Source: an uncultured Planctomycetota bacterium (lineage in GTDB: Bacteria > Planctomycetota > Planctomycetia > Isosphaerales > Isosphaeraceae). Taken from it: a DNA stretch of 64,000 nt. How positions within the stretch are numbered: position 1 is the stretch's first letter; each line of letters starts with the position of its first letter. The notes beneath the pieces were generated by a model, which was not told the DNA's origin, did not search any database, and saw nothing but the letters and a program-made list of their open reading frames with translations. The position numbers and the translations under genes were made by a program. Below are positions 1 to 11,881 of the stretch, piece by piece. The stretch lies in the NCBI GenBank assembly GCA_963823665.1, contig CAWGMQ010000003.1, positions 32,001-96,000 of the forward strand, given 5' to 3'.

Positions 1-140
1 TGCGCGAGGTGGCGGACCTCGTCTTTCATGCGGCGGTCTTGCTCGGCTATCGTGATCTCTCATGGAACGCGGTCGAGAACGAACTGGCGCGGCGATTCGG
101 GATCAGCGGGATTGCAGAGAAAGAAGCGCGCGGGAGATGA
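1..140 (+). CDS. hisE: Phosphoribosyl-ATP pyrophosphatase, C-terminal part (runs off window start)
   Basis: Manual translation from nt 3: REVADLVFHAAVLLGYRDLSWNAVENELARRFGISGIAEKEARGR*, typical HisE C-terminus; its TGA overlaps the next ATG (ATGA at 137-140). Confidence 0.85.
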   Translation, partial: REVADLVFHAAVLLGYRDLSWNAVENELARRFGISGIAEKEARGR

Positions 141-1252
141 GTGAGAAGGACGGGACCAAAATGGGTAAGCGGGTTGTGCTCGCGATGAGCGGCGGGGTGG
201 ATAGCTCAGTCGCGGCCGTGTTGCTCAAGGGGCAAGGCTATGACGTGGTCGGCATCTTCATGCGGACGGGGGCCGCGGTGGAGGATGTCGAGCGGCGGGC
301 GAAGACGTGTTGCAGCGTGGCCGATGCGGCCGATGCGCGCAACGTCGCCGATCGGCTGGATATTCCGTTCTACGCACTCGATTTCGAGCGCGAGTTTGCG
401 CGGATCGAGGATTACTTCGCGGACGAATACCTCGCCGGCAGAACGCCGAACCCATGCGTGATGTGCAATATCTGGCTCAAGTTCGGCAAGCTCTGGGGAT
501 ATGGAAAGCAGGTCGGGGCGGATTTCGTGGCGACGGGGCATTATGCGAGGATCGTCCAGACGGGCGACGGCGCGTCTCGAATTGGACGGGGGCTCGATCG
601 CGAGAAAGATCAGTCATACGTGCTGTTCGGCCTCAAGCGCGAGCTTTTGCCCCACGTGCTGCTTCCGGTTGGCGAATATACGAAGCCGGAGATCCGGGCG
701 ATCGCGCGCGAACACAATCTGCCGGTGCACGACAAGCCGGACAGCCAGGAGATCTGCTTCGTGCCCGACGATGATTACCTTTCGTTCGTGCGCGAGCGCC
801 GGCCCGGGCAAGCGACGGCAGGAGCGATCGTCGACGGGGACGGAACGGTCGTGGCCGAGCATTCGGGAATCGAGGCGTTCACGATCGGCCAGCGGCGGGG
901 GCTGGGGGTTGCGCTCGGCACGCCTCGGTATGTGGTGCAAATCGAGCCAGAGACCCGGACGGTCCGCCTGGGCAGCAGAGTCGAGCTCGAGAAGGCGGGC
1001 CTTACTGCCGCGCGGTTCAACTGGCAGGGACCCGTGCCCGAAGGGCCCGTTCAGTGCATGGCGCAGATACGGGCGCAGCATCGAGCAGTGGCGGCTCGCG
1101 TGTGGGCTCTCGAAGGCGGGCGAGCGAAGGTGGTATTCGACGTTCCGCAGACGGCCATTGCGCCCGGGCAAGTGGTCACGGTCTACGAGGACGACCTCGT
1201 GCTGGGCGGCGGCTGGATCGAGGGGGCGCTCGAGGGGCCGTCTTGCGAATGA
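137..1252 (+). CDS. mnmA: tRNA-specific 2-thiouridylase MnmA
   Basis: AMSGGVDSS, TPNPCVMCN, ATGHYA, KDQSY, DSQEICF, TIGQRRGLG motifs; start 137 or 161. Confidence 0.97.
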   Translation: MSEKDGTKMGKRVVLAMSGGVDSSVAAVLLKGQGYDVVGIFMRTGAAVEDVERRAKTCCSVADAADARNVADRLDIPFYALDFEREFARIEDYFADEYLAGRTPNPCVMCNIWLKFGKLWGYGKQVGADFVATGHYARIVQTGDGASRIGRGLDREKDQSYVLFGLKRELLPHVLLPVGEYTKPEIRAIAREHNLPVHDKPDSQEICFVPDDDYLSFVRERRPGQATAGAIVDGDGTVVAEHSGIEAFTIGQRRGLGVALGTPRYVVQIEPETRTVRLGSRVELEKAGLTAARFNWQGPVPEGPVQCMAQIRAQHRAVAARVWALEGGRAKVVFDVPQTAIAPGQVVTVYEDDLVLGGGWIEGALEGPSCE

Positions 1253-1396
1253 GCAAAGCGGTTATTTCATTCTGGCGAAAAGCGAAATCATTGGATAGAC
1301 TTCACCATCGTGGCGTGGAGGGCTCGCCGAAAGAGCGGTGTGATGCCCAGCAGCGTGCGTGCGGCGCATGACACCTTGGATACGGGAGTGGCTCGC

Positions 1397-3252
1397 ATGT
1401 TGCTAAAATTGACATGCCCCTCGTGTGGCCGTGTTGAGCAGGCGTCGGATCGGGTTCTGGGGAAGGAGATCCGCTGCCCGTGCGGGACTCAGTTCCGCGT
1501 GCTCCAGCCGAAACCGGCCGCCCCGGCCGCGCCGCCGCGAGCGGCGGCCCAGGCACCAGTTCGCCGGGAGCGAGCGCCGGAACCTCCGCCGGCGACGCGC
1601 CGGCCCGAGACCGAGACTCGATCGCGACCAGCGGCGAGCAGGCCGCGCGAGCCCGTAAAGACCCCGCGCGCGCGCCCTTTTCGCTGGACGACGACGACCG
1701 GCCGGTTCGATATCAACCGCCGAAACCGAAGCGGAAGGCAAGCTCCGGCATGCCGCCGTGGGCCTATGCGGCCGTTGGGGCCGGCGGAGTCATGTCGCTG
1801 TTGCTCATGATCTTCGTGGTCAAATCGCTGGTAGGCGGTCCCGAGGCGCCGGCGGCTTTACCAGACGCTTCAAGCCCGGTGGCTCTCAAGACACCACCGG
1901 AGGGTAAGCAGGCGCCGATTGAAACGGCCGCAGCCGCGCCGGAACCTGCAAGCCCGAGGAACCCTGAGCCGGCGGCGTCCGCACCGCCGCGGGAACGGCC
2001 AGCCCCGGCGAGAAGCGGCGAGACGCTTACCACGGCCGAGATCGTGGCGCGGTGCGAGCCGTCGGTCGCCCTGATCAAGGGGAGCGTCGGGAGTGGAACG
2101 GGGTTCGTCATCGAGCGCGGAATCATCGCGACCAACGCGCACGTGATCGAGGACGAGCTGCTTGCCGCGATCGAGGTTCGATTTCCTGGGGCGCCCGAGG
2201 GCAAGCAGGGCCCGCTCAAGGCGCGGTTGCTCTACGAGGACCGTAAGCGAGACGTGGCGTTCCTGGCCGTCCAGACGGATCTACCCGTGCTCGAGCTGGC
2301 CCCCAATTATGCGTTTCAGAAAGGGGAAGACGTCACGGTGATCGGCAATCCGGGGCTCGGCGAAAACGTTGTGCTCGAGAACGCGATCAGCCGCGGCGTC
2401 ATGAGCTCCAAGATCGTGATCGAGGGGATGAATTATTATCAGATGAGCATCGCGATCAACCCGGGTAATTCCGGCGGCCCGGTTTTCGACTCGGCGGGCC
2501 GGGTGATCGGGGTGGCGACGCTCAAGTCGAACAAGGCCGAGGCGATGGGGTTCTGCATTCCGGTGGAGGAGCTGCGGCTGGCCACCAAACAGCTCGGCCA
2601 GTCGCATCCCGAAATGGTCACCCGCCACCGCGCCGTGGCCACGTTCAAGGCGCTCACGCTGGCCGGTGTGCTGTACGTGGTGGGAATCGTCGCTCGCTCG
2701 GGGCGCGCGGAGGGAGCGAATCCCGAGGCCGTGCAGAAGATTCAAGAGGCTGTGAAAACGCTGGACGAGAAGCTGTTCTCGCAGGTTGACGTGGAGATCG
2801 CCGGACTTCAGCGCGAGCCGTCCCTTTCGCCGCGCACCAGGCGCAATTATCAGGAGCTCTCCGCGAACTACAAGGCCATGAAGCAGGTGTACGGGTATTC
2901 TCCTCAGCAAGTCAATCAGTCTGCCAACCATATCGAGGAATTGAGGAAACAGCACTTGAACCTGGTGATGTCGATCAAGGACGCGCTTCAGGTCGAAGTA
3001 GCGGACAAGCTGCTGGCGGTGCTGAGGGAGCCACTTACGGCCAATCAGCAGCAGGTGGTTGTGGTGGACATGATGCCTCCCGGGATGCAACGTGGATTCC
3101 AGCAGCGCGGCCCGGGCCGGGGCATGGGCCCGCGAGGGCAGATGGGGCCGGGAGCGATGATGCCGGGCCAGCAGTTGCACAATCAGATGATGAGGCGAAT
3201 GGAGCAGCAGAGGCGGCAGATCGAGAACCAGTTGCGGAACATGCGGCCCTGA
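1397..3252 (+). CDS. Trypsin-like (S1C) serine protease with N-terminal Zn-ribbon, Pro-rich linker and TM helix; frame break near 1670
   Basis: CPSCG...CPCG N-terminus in ORF 1310..1810; GSGTGF, TNAHV, DVAFL, INPGNSGGP in ORF 1480..3252. Confidence 0.85.
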
Positions 3253-3473
3253 GCGAGGAAGCGATTGCCAGAGCGACACGCGAGCAAGCAAACCTTGCCC
3301 AAGCGGCCGGAGTGGACTAAGATGGTTTTGGAGTTACGGCCGAGTGCCGGACATCGCCACGACGATGTCGCGAGCGAGAGTTGATCTCGATCCCACCCTT
3401 TCCCGCACGTTCGTCGCTCCATCTCTCGAGTCGACTTGAATACGGTCTTCTGACCTGAAGGAGATTGTCTTTA

Positions 3474-4652
3474 ATGATGGCGTGCGAGGAGGACCGTCAA
3501 TCCGCCGTTCGGCTCGGGCGAATCAGCCTGGTTCTCCGGCTCGCACCGGGAGCCTCGCTTTCGGCCGCGCGCTTGGCGGAGTATCGCGAACTCCTTCAGT
3601 CAGACGGATGGTTCGACTCAATTGAAATGATCGTGTCCGGGCCGGCCGGTCGATCTCTGACACCGGAGCTTGCGCAGGAGCGAGGAAACGGCGAAGGGCA
3701 TGACCGCGTGATCTACGTCGCTGCCAACGAAGGCCTGGAATGGTCGCCGATGGTCCGAGCGGGGCTGCGGGCGGCGACCGGAGATCATGTCGTTGTCCTG
3801 GACCTCGGCCGGAATTATTCCCCGCGCGCGCTCGCCGAGGTTCTTGCTCCGGTGCGGCTCGGCCACTGCGATATCGCCGTCGCGGTTCCCGAGCGCGATG
3901 GCGGCGGCCGGTTGTCGTGGGCCAGACCTGGCGCAGGCGTCGGCGTGATCACCCGCCGAATTCTGGGCACATCCGACGTGTTCTCAGGACTGTTTGCGCT
4001 CAAGCGATCGGTGTGGGAACGCGCCGGCAAGAGCGGGGCCGTGGCGAAGGGCCCGGTGCTCGATTCGCTGCTCAGGCGGCCGGCTCGCATCATGGACGTC
4101 AAGGTCGATGTCGACGATCAATTCAAGGCGCGTCAGGCGACATTCGCGGATCTACGCCCGCTCAAACACGCGCTCGACAGCCGGTTCGGCAACTATTCCC
4201 GGCTCGTGCAGTTCTGCATGGTCGGCGCATCAGGAATGGTCGTCGACTTGTCGTTCTACGCGCTGCTGCAATGGCTGTTGTCATTCACCGTGCTCGCCAC
4301 GCTCAAGTCGCCGGTGTTCTTCGGCGGTACGTGGCAGCTTGCAGTCGCGGCCGGGCTGGCAATCGCGATCGCGCTCGTGTGGAATTTCACCTTGAACCGG
4401 CGTCTCACGTTCAACGACGCCCGACATGGCTCACTGCCCCGGCAGTTCCTCACCTACGCGCTTTCAAACGCCCTCGCGATCGCGCTGAGTTTCTCGGTTC
4501 GGCTGTATCTTCCATCGCGGGTGGATTTCTTCGCGAGGCACCGGCTCGCGGCCGCTGTCGTGGGGATCGTCACCGCAACGGCAATCAGCTTCACGATGGC
4601 GCGGTGGCTCGTCTTTGCGCGGCGGCCGGAAGCGGGGGGTGGGGGCAGGTAG
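3474..4652 (+). CDS. GT2-like domain fused to GtrA-family flippase domain
   Basis: GLRAATGDHVVVLD and DVFSGLFALKRSVW (GT2-like); RLVQFCMVGASGMVVD and WNFTLNRRLTF (GtrA); start uncertain (3465-3477). Confidence 0.8.
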   Translation: MMACEEDRQSAVRLGRISLVLRLAPGASLSAARLAEYRELLQSDGWFDSIEMIVSGPAGRSLTPELAQERGNGEGHDRVIYVAANEGLEWSPMVRAGLRAATGDHVVVLDLGRNYSPRALAEVLAPVRLGHCDIAVAVPERDGGGRLSWARPGAGVGVITRRILGTSDVFSGLFALKRSVWERAGKSGAVAKGPVLDSLLRRPARIMDVKVDVDDQFKARQATFADLRPLKHALDSRFGNYSRLVQFCMVGASGMVVDLSFYALLQWLLSFTVLATLKSPVFFGGTWQLAVAAGLAIAIALVWNFTLNRRLTFNDARHGSLPRQFLTYALSNALAIALSFSVRLYLPSRVDFFARHRLAAAVVGIVTATAISFTMARWLVFARRPEAGGGGR

Positions 4653-4654
4653 AC

Positions 4655-4720
4655 TCGGGGCTCGCGTCTTGATTCGGGGCTCACGCCCCGAGCTACGTGA
4701 TGTCGCCCCTCCGGGGCTAC
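4655..4720. repeat. REP-like palindromic element
   Basis: CGGGGCTCACGCCCCG hairpin plus GTCGCCCCTCCGGGGCTAC, intergenic; the minus strand begins GTAG. Confidence 0.6.
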
Positions 4721-4958
4721 TTGCATGGATTCCTGTTAAAATGAACTGAGGGATTTGACAAATTGGGGGCTTTGGGTCATAATTGAGGGCCTGTCCCCAC
4801 CGAACTCGCTGTGCAGCGGGCTTTTCAAATCGTGTTGAGTTCTCGCCCTGCGCCGGGATTGGGTGTCTGCCCTTTTTTCGCGGGCCGGGGAGCGTATCAC
4901 GATCAATCCTTTGGGCGTTCCGCGCGGTTCAAGAACCATTGGCAACAATCGCCGGAAT

Positions 4959-4984
4959 CCTCGCTGACGCTTCGGGTTAGTGTG
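4959..4984. repeat. REP-like element (second family)
   Basis: CCTCGCTGACGCTTCGGGTTAGTGT resembles a dispersed repeat I recognise from planctomycete genomes; single copy in window. Confidence 0.45.
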
Positions 4985-5025
4985 AGTGGCGGGGCCTCGC
5001 AAGTGCGCGGCCACGGTTTCGGCCG

Positions 5026-6260
5026 TCAGTGCGGCGGCGAGAGCGATTGCGAAGCCGAGTCGTTCTTTCCCAGCGAGAGGGACGCACCCGAAGCGATCAA
5101 GGCGATGGCGGGGACGATCGGGGCGCGCATGCGGAGGTCGGACCAGTAGAACGCGTGGACGATCGTGAGGCCCAGGATGGCCAGAGGCGCTGCGATGCGG
5201 GGCCATGACCAGACGGCGGGCTGAAAGAGACCGATCACCAGTGCGAGAAAGAGAGGCAGGGTCCATAAAAGAGTCGCGATTCGAGCGGGCGTGGGATAGA
5301 CCGAAGCAGTCGGCGCCACGGACCAGAAATGCCCAAGCCTGGCCAGCGTTGCATGTGCGAAGTCGACCGGCTGCCGGCGCGCAGCGAGAGCACCTCGTTT
5401 CTGAGGTAGCGGTCTGCTTCGGGCTCGGACATGCCGGCGGTCTCGCGCGTAATTGAATCGGCCCAGAGCCACTGGTCGTGGCCAGACCAGACGCGGCCGC
5501 TTGGTCCGTTCAAGACATCACGGTAATACACGGGGTTATTGGCCAGCGCCAGGGTGTAGCCTCCGTGAGTCGTTGCCCAGATCGGCTCGCCCAGTTGCAT
5601 GAGGTTGCGGACCATCCATGGAGAAAGCACGAGCAATGACGAAAACGCGAGGAGCGCGGCTCGCGCGAAGCGCGTCGACGCGGGGCCGGGCCGGGCGAGA
5701 GCGCCGACGGCGATCGCCAGCAGAATGCCCGGGACGACGCTGGGGCGGCAAAGCGCGGCCAAACCGAATGCAAGACCCCCCAGGAGCGGGCCTTGCCAGG
5801 CTGGGCGGCATAAGCCGGCAAACCCCAGTGCCAGCAGGAATGCCGTGGGCGTCTCCGTCATCACCGAGCGGCATTGCCACACGAGTACGGGGTCGCAGGC
5901 GACAATAAACGCAGCGAGATTGGCGCGACGATTCGACAGACCGAACCCGCGGGCGGCTTTTGCTGTCAACCAGACGGTGCCGGCGCCAAGGACAACGTGC
6001 AAGAGCGCGATTGCCGGGTAGGACATCTCTCCGGTCTTCGAGACCAGCCCGGCCAGCAACAGCGGATAGAGCGGAGGACGATAGGCTGTGGGCCTTCCTC
6101 GCAGCACAAAGCCGTTGCCTTCGGCAACCGACCGTGCCAGCGGCACGTAATTATCGGGGTCGTCGAACCCACCTGAGGTGAGCGACATCACCCCGATGCG
6201 CATGGCGACCGCCAGCAGGACGACTCCCCAGAGAGGATCAAGTCGCAAGCGATGTGGCAT
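5026..6260 (-). CDS. GT39/ArnT-like multi-TM glycosyltransferase; frame breaks near 5300-5400
   Basis: DPDNY, TAYRPPLYPLLLA, VMTET, LAALCRP, PWMVRN, HAFYWSDLRMRAP; joins ORFs 5235..6590 and 5026..5472. Confidence 0.75.
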
Positions 6261-6387
6261 CAAGGTAGAGCGGCCTGCTGGAACTCGGGCAATGGGTGGG
6301 GACCATGGCCGGATTGACGGTGATTCATTGTATAATCCCTCGAACGAGACTGAATTCCCAAGCCCTTGCTCTGGAGCGAGCTTTCCG

Positions 6388-7404
6388 ATGGTAGAGCGTC
6401 CGATTCTCCTTTCGCTTACGACCATGCACGAAGCCGGGCTGAAGATCTTGCGCGAATCGACCGAGCTGCGCATGGCCAGCGCCCTCGATGCAGCGACCTT
6501 GCAGCGTGAAGTCGTCGGGGCCGACGCGCTCATCATCCGGACCGGGGGTGTCGTCGACGCCGCCCTGCTCGATCGCGGCGAGAAGCTCAAGGTCGTGGGC
6601 CGGCACGGCGTGGGATACGATCAAATCGACATCGAGGCCGCAACGGCCCACGGCGTCCAGGTTGTCTATACCCCGGGCGCCAACACACAGAGCGTCGCCG
6701 AACACGTGTTCGCACTGATGATCGGGCTGTCGCGGCACTTTCCCAGAATGACCGCCGGTCTGCTTGCTGGCAATTACCACATTCGAACCAGCATGACCGG
6801 GCGCGAGATCGCCGGCAAGACTCTTGGGATCATCGGCTTCGGCCGGATTGGCCGGCTGGTGGGTGAAATCGCCCATCGCGGGTTCGGGATGAAGGTGCTG
6901 TATCACGATATCGTCGCGCCGCCCGCCGAAATCGAGGCACGCGCAAACGCCCGCCGCACAACGTTCGACGATGTGCTCAAGCTTTCCGATTATGTCACAT
7001 TGCACGTACCACTGGATTCGAGTACCCGGCGAATGATCAACCGCGACACGCTCGCCTTGATGCGACCGGATGCGATCCTGATCAACACCTGCCGCGGACC
7101 GGTGGTCGACGAAGACGCGGTGAAGCTCGCTCTGGACGCACATCGCCTCTGGGGCTATGGCGCCGACGTCTTCACCGTCGAGCCGCCGCCGCCGGGCCAC
7201 CCGCTGATCGGCCGCGACGACGTGATCGTCACACCCCACAGCGCCGCTCAAACCGAAGAAGGGCTGCGCACGATGGCGGTGACGATCGCGACAGACGTGG
7301 TGGGCATTCTTGGCGGTAAACCACCAATGAATCCTGTGAATGATCCCGATGAAGTTGAGGCTGTGCGGAGGGAGCTTGGGCGGAATCGTAGAACCACTGG
7401 CTAG
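6388..7404 (+). CDS. D-isomer-specific 2-hydroxyacid dehydrogenase (SerA-like, no ACT domain)
   Basis: RHGVGYDQID, GIIGFGRIG, LHVPL, INTCRGPVVD, DVFTVEP, TPHSAA. Confidence 0.92.
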   Translation: MVERPILLSLTTMHEAGLKILRESTELRMASALDAATLQREVVGADALIIRTGGVVDAALLDRGEKLKVVGRHGVGYDQIDIEAATAHGVQVVYTPGANTQSVAEHVFALMIGLSRHFPRMTAGLLAGNYHIRTSMTGREIAGKTLGIIGFGRIGRLVGEIAHRGFGMKVLYHDIVAPPAEIEARANARRTTFDDVLKLSDYVTLHVPLDSSTRRMINRDTLALMRPDAILINTCRGPVVDEDAVKLALDAHRLWGYGADVFTVEPPPPGHPLIGRDDVIVTPHSAAQTEEGLRTMAVTIATDVVGILGGKPPMNPVNDPDEVEAVRRELGRNRRTTG

Positions 7405-10400
7405 CGTTTGACGTTTGATGATTCGCTCAGGAAAGCAACCAGATCCGCGGGCTCGTGATAGCCTTCGATGTGCCCGCGGAAGTCACCTTTGGGCGAAAGC
7501 ACGACGAAGGACGGCACGGTGGCTGTCTTCGTCAGCTTGACCAGCCGATCCTGGTTATTCTCGGCGAGCTTTTCACGTTGCTCAGGGGTGATCGACCGGA
7601 TCGGCACATTGTCGATGTACAGCTTGACCGTCACGAAACTCTTGAGCTTCGCGACAACCTCCGGCTGCGGCAACACCCGGCGCTCCATTAACCGTCCATT
7701 CGCATCATTGATGCCCGAGAAATGAACCAGGACCGGCTTGTTTTCCAGCACCGCCGTCTCGCGGGCCTGATCCAGGCTCATTCCCCAGACCACGCCATCC
7801 ACCGTTTTCTCTTCCCGTTCGGCACGCTCCGGGTCATTGGACGTGGCCCTCGCCTCGCGGGCCGGCTGCTTGCCGTCATTCTCAGCTCGGGGCGGGTTTT
7901 TCTTCGCATCCGTATTCGTCACCGCGGGAAATCGGCCGAGCGCGTGGCTCAAGAAATCAAGGAACACCGGCGGATCATTGTAGCCCCCCATTCGCCCGAG
8001 CACCTCGCCCTCTGCCGTCAGCACCACGTAAAACGGGTTGGTCGCCTCTTTCGCGAGCTTCAGCAGGCGCACCTGATTGGCGCCGGCCAGTTCTTCGCGC
8101 GCGTCGGGTGTGATCGAGGAGATCGGGACGAAGTCGGTGTAGAGCTGCACCGTCACGAACTTTTTGAGCAGCGAGATGACTTCGGGACGGGGCAGCACGT
8201 TGCTTTCCATCAAGCGGCAATTCGAGCAATTGACTCCCGTGAAGTCGATCAGGATCGGCTTTTTCTCAGACGCAGCCAGCTCGCGGGCTTGCTCGAAGCT
8301 CATTCCCCAGAGGACGCCGTGCAGCTTCTTCTCTTCTTTCTCCGCCTGAGCCGGATCGGTGGAGGTCGCCTTCACCGCTTGACTGGCAACGCCCCCAGTT
8401 TCCGGTCCAGCGGCGGCGAATGCCGGCGTGCTGAACTCGCTGGCATCGGGCGGGAGAATTCCCACGATCAACCGATCCCAAACCAAGCTCTTGGGCGGCC
8501 GGCCAAAGAGCGCGGGTGCCATGTAGATCGCCAGACCCAGGAAGGCTGCGCCGAAAATGATCCTGCCGGTGCCCACCTTGACGTCGCCGTGATCGTGGTC
8601 GGTGCGGAAGATGCCGAGGAGATAGAGGCCGCATACGACGGAAAGGGCGATCCAGCAGGTCAGGATGACACTTGCGTCAAACCAGGCATCTTCCGGTACG
8701 ACGCACGCCAGCTCGGCGGTATTGATGAACTTGAGGGCGGCTCCAATCTCGACCAGGCCGCCAACGACCTTGACGGCGTTCATCCAGTCTCCGCTGCGCG
8801 GCATCTTCGAGATCAATCCCGGCGAAAGGGCGAGCAGCAGAAACGGAAACGCAAGGACGGTGGCGAAGGTTGCCAGGCCGACGATCGGATAAAAGAAATT
8901 ACCGCCGGCGGCCATCACCAGCAGCCCGCCGACGACGGGAAACGTGCAGGTGAACGAAGTGATCGTGAGCGTCAGCGCCATGAAGAACACGCCGACCAGA
9001 CCACCGCGGCCCTCGTTATGCGCCGAGGCGTTCAAGAGAAAGCTGGGCAGCCGCAGCTCGAAGAGGCCGAGCAGGCTGAGGCCAAAGATCACAAAAAGGC
9101 CCGCGACGAACAGGTTGAGCCAGGGGTTGTTGGCGAGGTTCTGGAGCGAGCTGGCCGAGAAGAAGAATGAGAACAGCACACCCACCGCCGTGAAGACGCC
9201 AATGATCGAGAGGCAGTACATGAACGCGAGCCCGGTTGCCTTCTTTCGGCCTGACGTCCCCTGCCCTTGCTTGATGAAGAAGTTGACCGTGATCGGCACC
9301 ATCGGCCAGACGCACGGCATGACCAGGGCAAACAGACCGCCGAGCGCCGAGGCGAACAAGAACGGAATCAAGCCGGCCTGCGCCTTCTGGGCGATTTCGC
9401 TCTCGACTCCGGCGCAGCCGATGCTGGTACCGCCGGCGAGAACGGCCCGAACCCGCGGACGCGGCCGTGGCCGCTGCGGAGCTGACTGCTGGCTTCTCCG
9501 TCGGGCTCGACGGCGGCGTGCCTGGCGCGGCTGGCGGCTCGGACGCGTTCTTGAGAAGAGGAGCGGCCGCCGCACTGCCAGCGGCCTTCATCGGCGGCTT
9601 CGTGAGCTCGCCGTCGGAAGAGGCCGGCTCGGGCTTACTCGCGGCAGCAGCGGGCGGCGGGCTCGAATTCCCCGGCAGGAGAGTCAGCTCGGCGGCGGGA
9701 AGGGTCCAGTACGCCGGTGGGCTGCACGTACTGGCGTTGCAGATCATGTAGTGCACCTGGCACTGCAGCAGCTTCTTACCTGTCAGGGCACTGGAGGGAA
9801 CCTTGAGCTTGATGCTCCACGTCACCTCATCCTCGAAGTACTCGACGAACGGAACGTCCTCGAATCCCGGGTCCTTATGTTTGATCGGAGGTCGCGACGC
9901 AGTCCAGTCTCCCGCGAGCTCGAGCCCTTGGCGGTCAAAGAAGTCAAAGCTCGTCGGCAGCGGTCCAGCCCCGGCTTCCTTCGCGTATTGATAGATGTGA
10001 TAGCCCTGATCGAGCTTCGCCGTCACTTTGAAAGTCACGACGTCGCCGACCTTGGCCTGGGCCGGCTCGATGGACGTTGTGAACGTGGCCTGGGCCGGCC
10101 TGAAAGTCGCATCGCTGTCGGCCTTTGCGGGCTTGGCGTCCGCCGGGGCAGCGGCGGCGGACGGTTGGGCCGCCGGGGCAACGGCAGCGGCGGCCGGCTT
10201 CGCCGTCGCGGGTTCGGGGGCACCGCGGTTCGAGCACAGTCAGCTCGGCATCGGGGAGCGTCCACCTTCCCGGAATGCTGCATGTCTTGGCGTCACATAC
10301 CATGTACCGAACCTGGCAAAGCAGCGACTTCTTGCCGGGTGCCGTGCTGTCGGGGACCTTGAGCTTGATGCTCCAGGTCACCTCGTCTTCGTAGTACTCG

Positions 10401-10783
10401 ACGAATTCAAGGTCGGCAAAATTGGGGTCTTTGTGCTTCTCGGCATCACGCGACGCTTTCCACTCTCCCTCGACTTCCAGGCCCGCTCGCCCGAAAAAGT
10501 CGAAGCTGGTTGGAACCGGTCCACTTCCTTGTTTTTTCGAGTACTTATAGATGTGGTAGCCAGAATCCAGCTTCGCGGTCACCTTGAAGGTCACCACGTC
10601 ACCGGGCTTGGCCTGCGCCGGCTCGACCGCGGCCGTGAGCGTCGCCTGTGCCGGCTTGATTGCTTTCGGACTGTCCTTCTTGGCCGGTTTGGCCTCGTCA
10701 TCCGCCCGAACCGAGACAGAAGATGCCGATAGTCCTGTCAGGATTGTGGACACGATGAGCGGAAGCACCAAAGGTCTATGCAT
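7401..10783 (-). CDS. DsbD-like thiol:disulfide interchange protein with two N-terminal domains, TM domain and two thioredoxin-like domains; frame breaks near 10230 and 9450
   Basis: YMVCDAKTC and YMICNASTC; MPCVWPMVP; SFTCTFP; DFTGVNCSNC; joins ORFs 9944..10783, 9016..10038 and 7401..9575. Confidence 0.88.
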
Positions 10784-11190
10784 GATGAGGTCTTCCGAAG
10801 AGATTGGAGCCCGAACGAGTGACGGTGGTAAATCTTACAATGGGCCCGTGCGTGAATTCTCGATCGCTCTGGAATCTCGACACCATTCTAGCTCGCGCGC
10901 CGCAGCGGGACAACGCACGGAATCGGCCCGGATGGCCAGATCGAGAGAATCGGTAGCCTCAATTCATCGGGGTTCGGATTGACCGCGATACCGATCCGGC
11001 CTAAGATTCCCTCGCGCCAGAGGGTCGTCCCCCACCACGACTGCACTTCCTTAGCAGAGACTCCCTCGTCTGACCGGACAGTCGGCGCCCAGGGCGGGCT
11101 CGCGCCATTGTTCCTGGAATGAAGCGTGATTTCGTTCTCGGGCCCTTTTCGGCCAAGCCGATCGATTCCGACCCGCAAGGATCGTGCTGG

Positions 11191-11881
11191 ATGCGCAGAC
11201 TTTTGTTCGGGCTGATACCCTTGGTCGCGGCAGGCGCAGCCGGCTGGCTGATTGTCCTCGACCGCCAGGGGACGGCTGGTCTGGGATCACTGGGACGAGT
11301 CCAAGCGTGGAGTTCTTTACCGGAGCGGCCAGCTCACGAACGACCAGTTCACGGAGGCCACCCGTCGCTACGGAATCCGGACGGTCGTCAACCTGCAAAT
11401 GCCGGGTGAGGAGCTGGAAGAGGAGCGAGCGCTCGCGAAGCGTCTGAAGGTCGACTTCGTGAATCTACCCATGCCCGGCGACGGCTTCGGCGAAGAATGG
11501 CAATTTCGAGAGATCTTGAAGATCATCGATGATCCCGAGCGTCGCCCGGTGCTCGTTCATTGCGCCCGCGGCACTTGCCGCACCGGGGCCGCGGTCGCCA
11601 TGTACCGCTTCGAGCGCGACGGCTGGACCATCGATGACGTCGCCGTCGAGATGCGCCGACAGACCTATCGTTACGGTTGGCTTCCCGGCTACATCTACGC
11701 GATGGCGAAGAACAAGCCGGCGGCGGCCCTGCCCCAACCCGAGATGTTGTACGAGCACAACCAGCCGGGCGCTGAACCGACGCGAATCGGCAGGCGACGA
11801 AGCCTCCGCCGACTCGAGCAGCGGGAGCCGAAGCGACGATTTGCCCGGGGACGAGCGAAGCATCGAGGAGACGGCGCATGA
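11191..11881 (+). CDS. Tyrosine/dual-specificity phosphatase with N-terminal signal anchor; frame break near 11275
   Basis: LYRSGQ, IRTVVNL, VLVHCARGTCRTG (CX5R); MRRLLFGLIPLVAAG leader in the adjacent frame. Confidence 0.85.
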
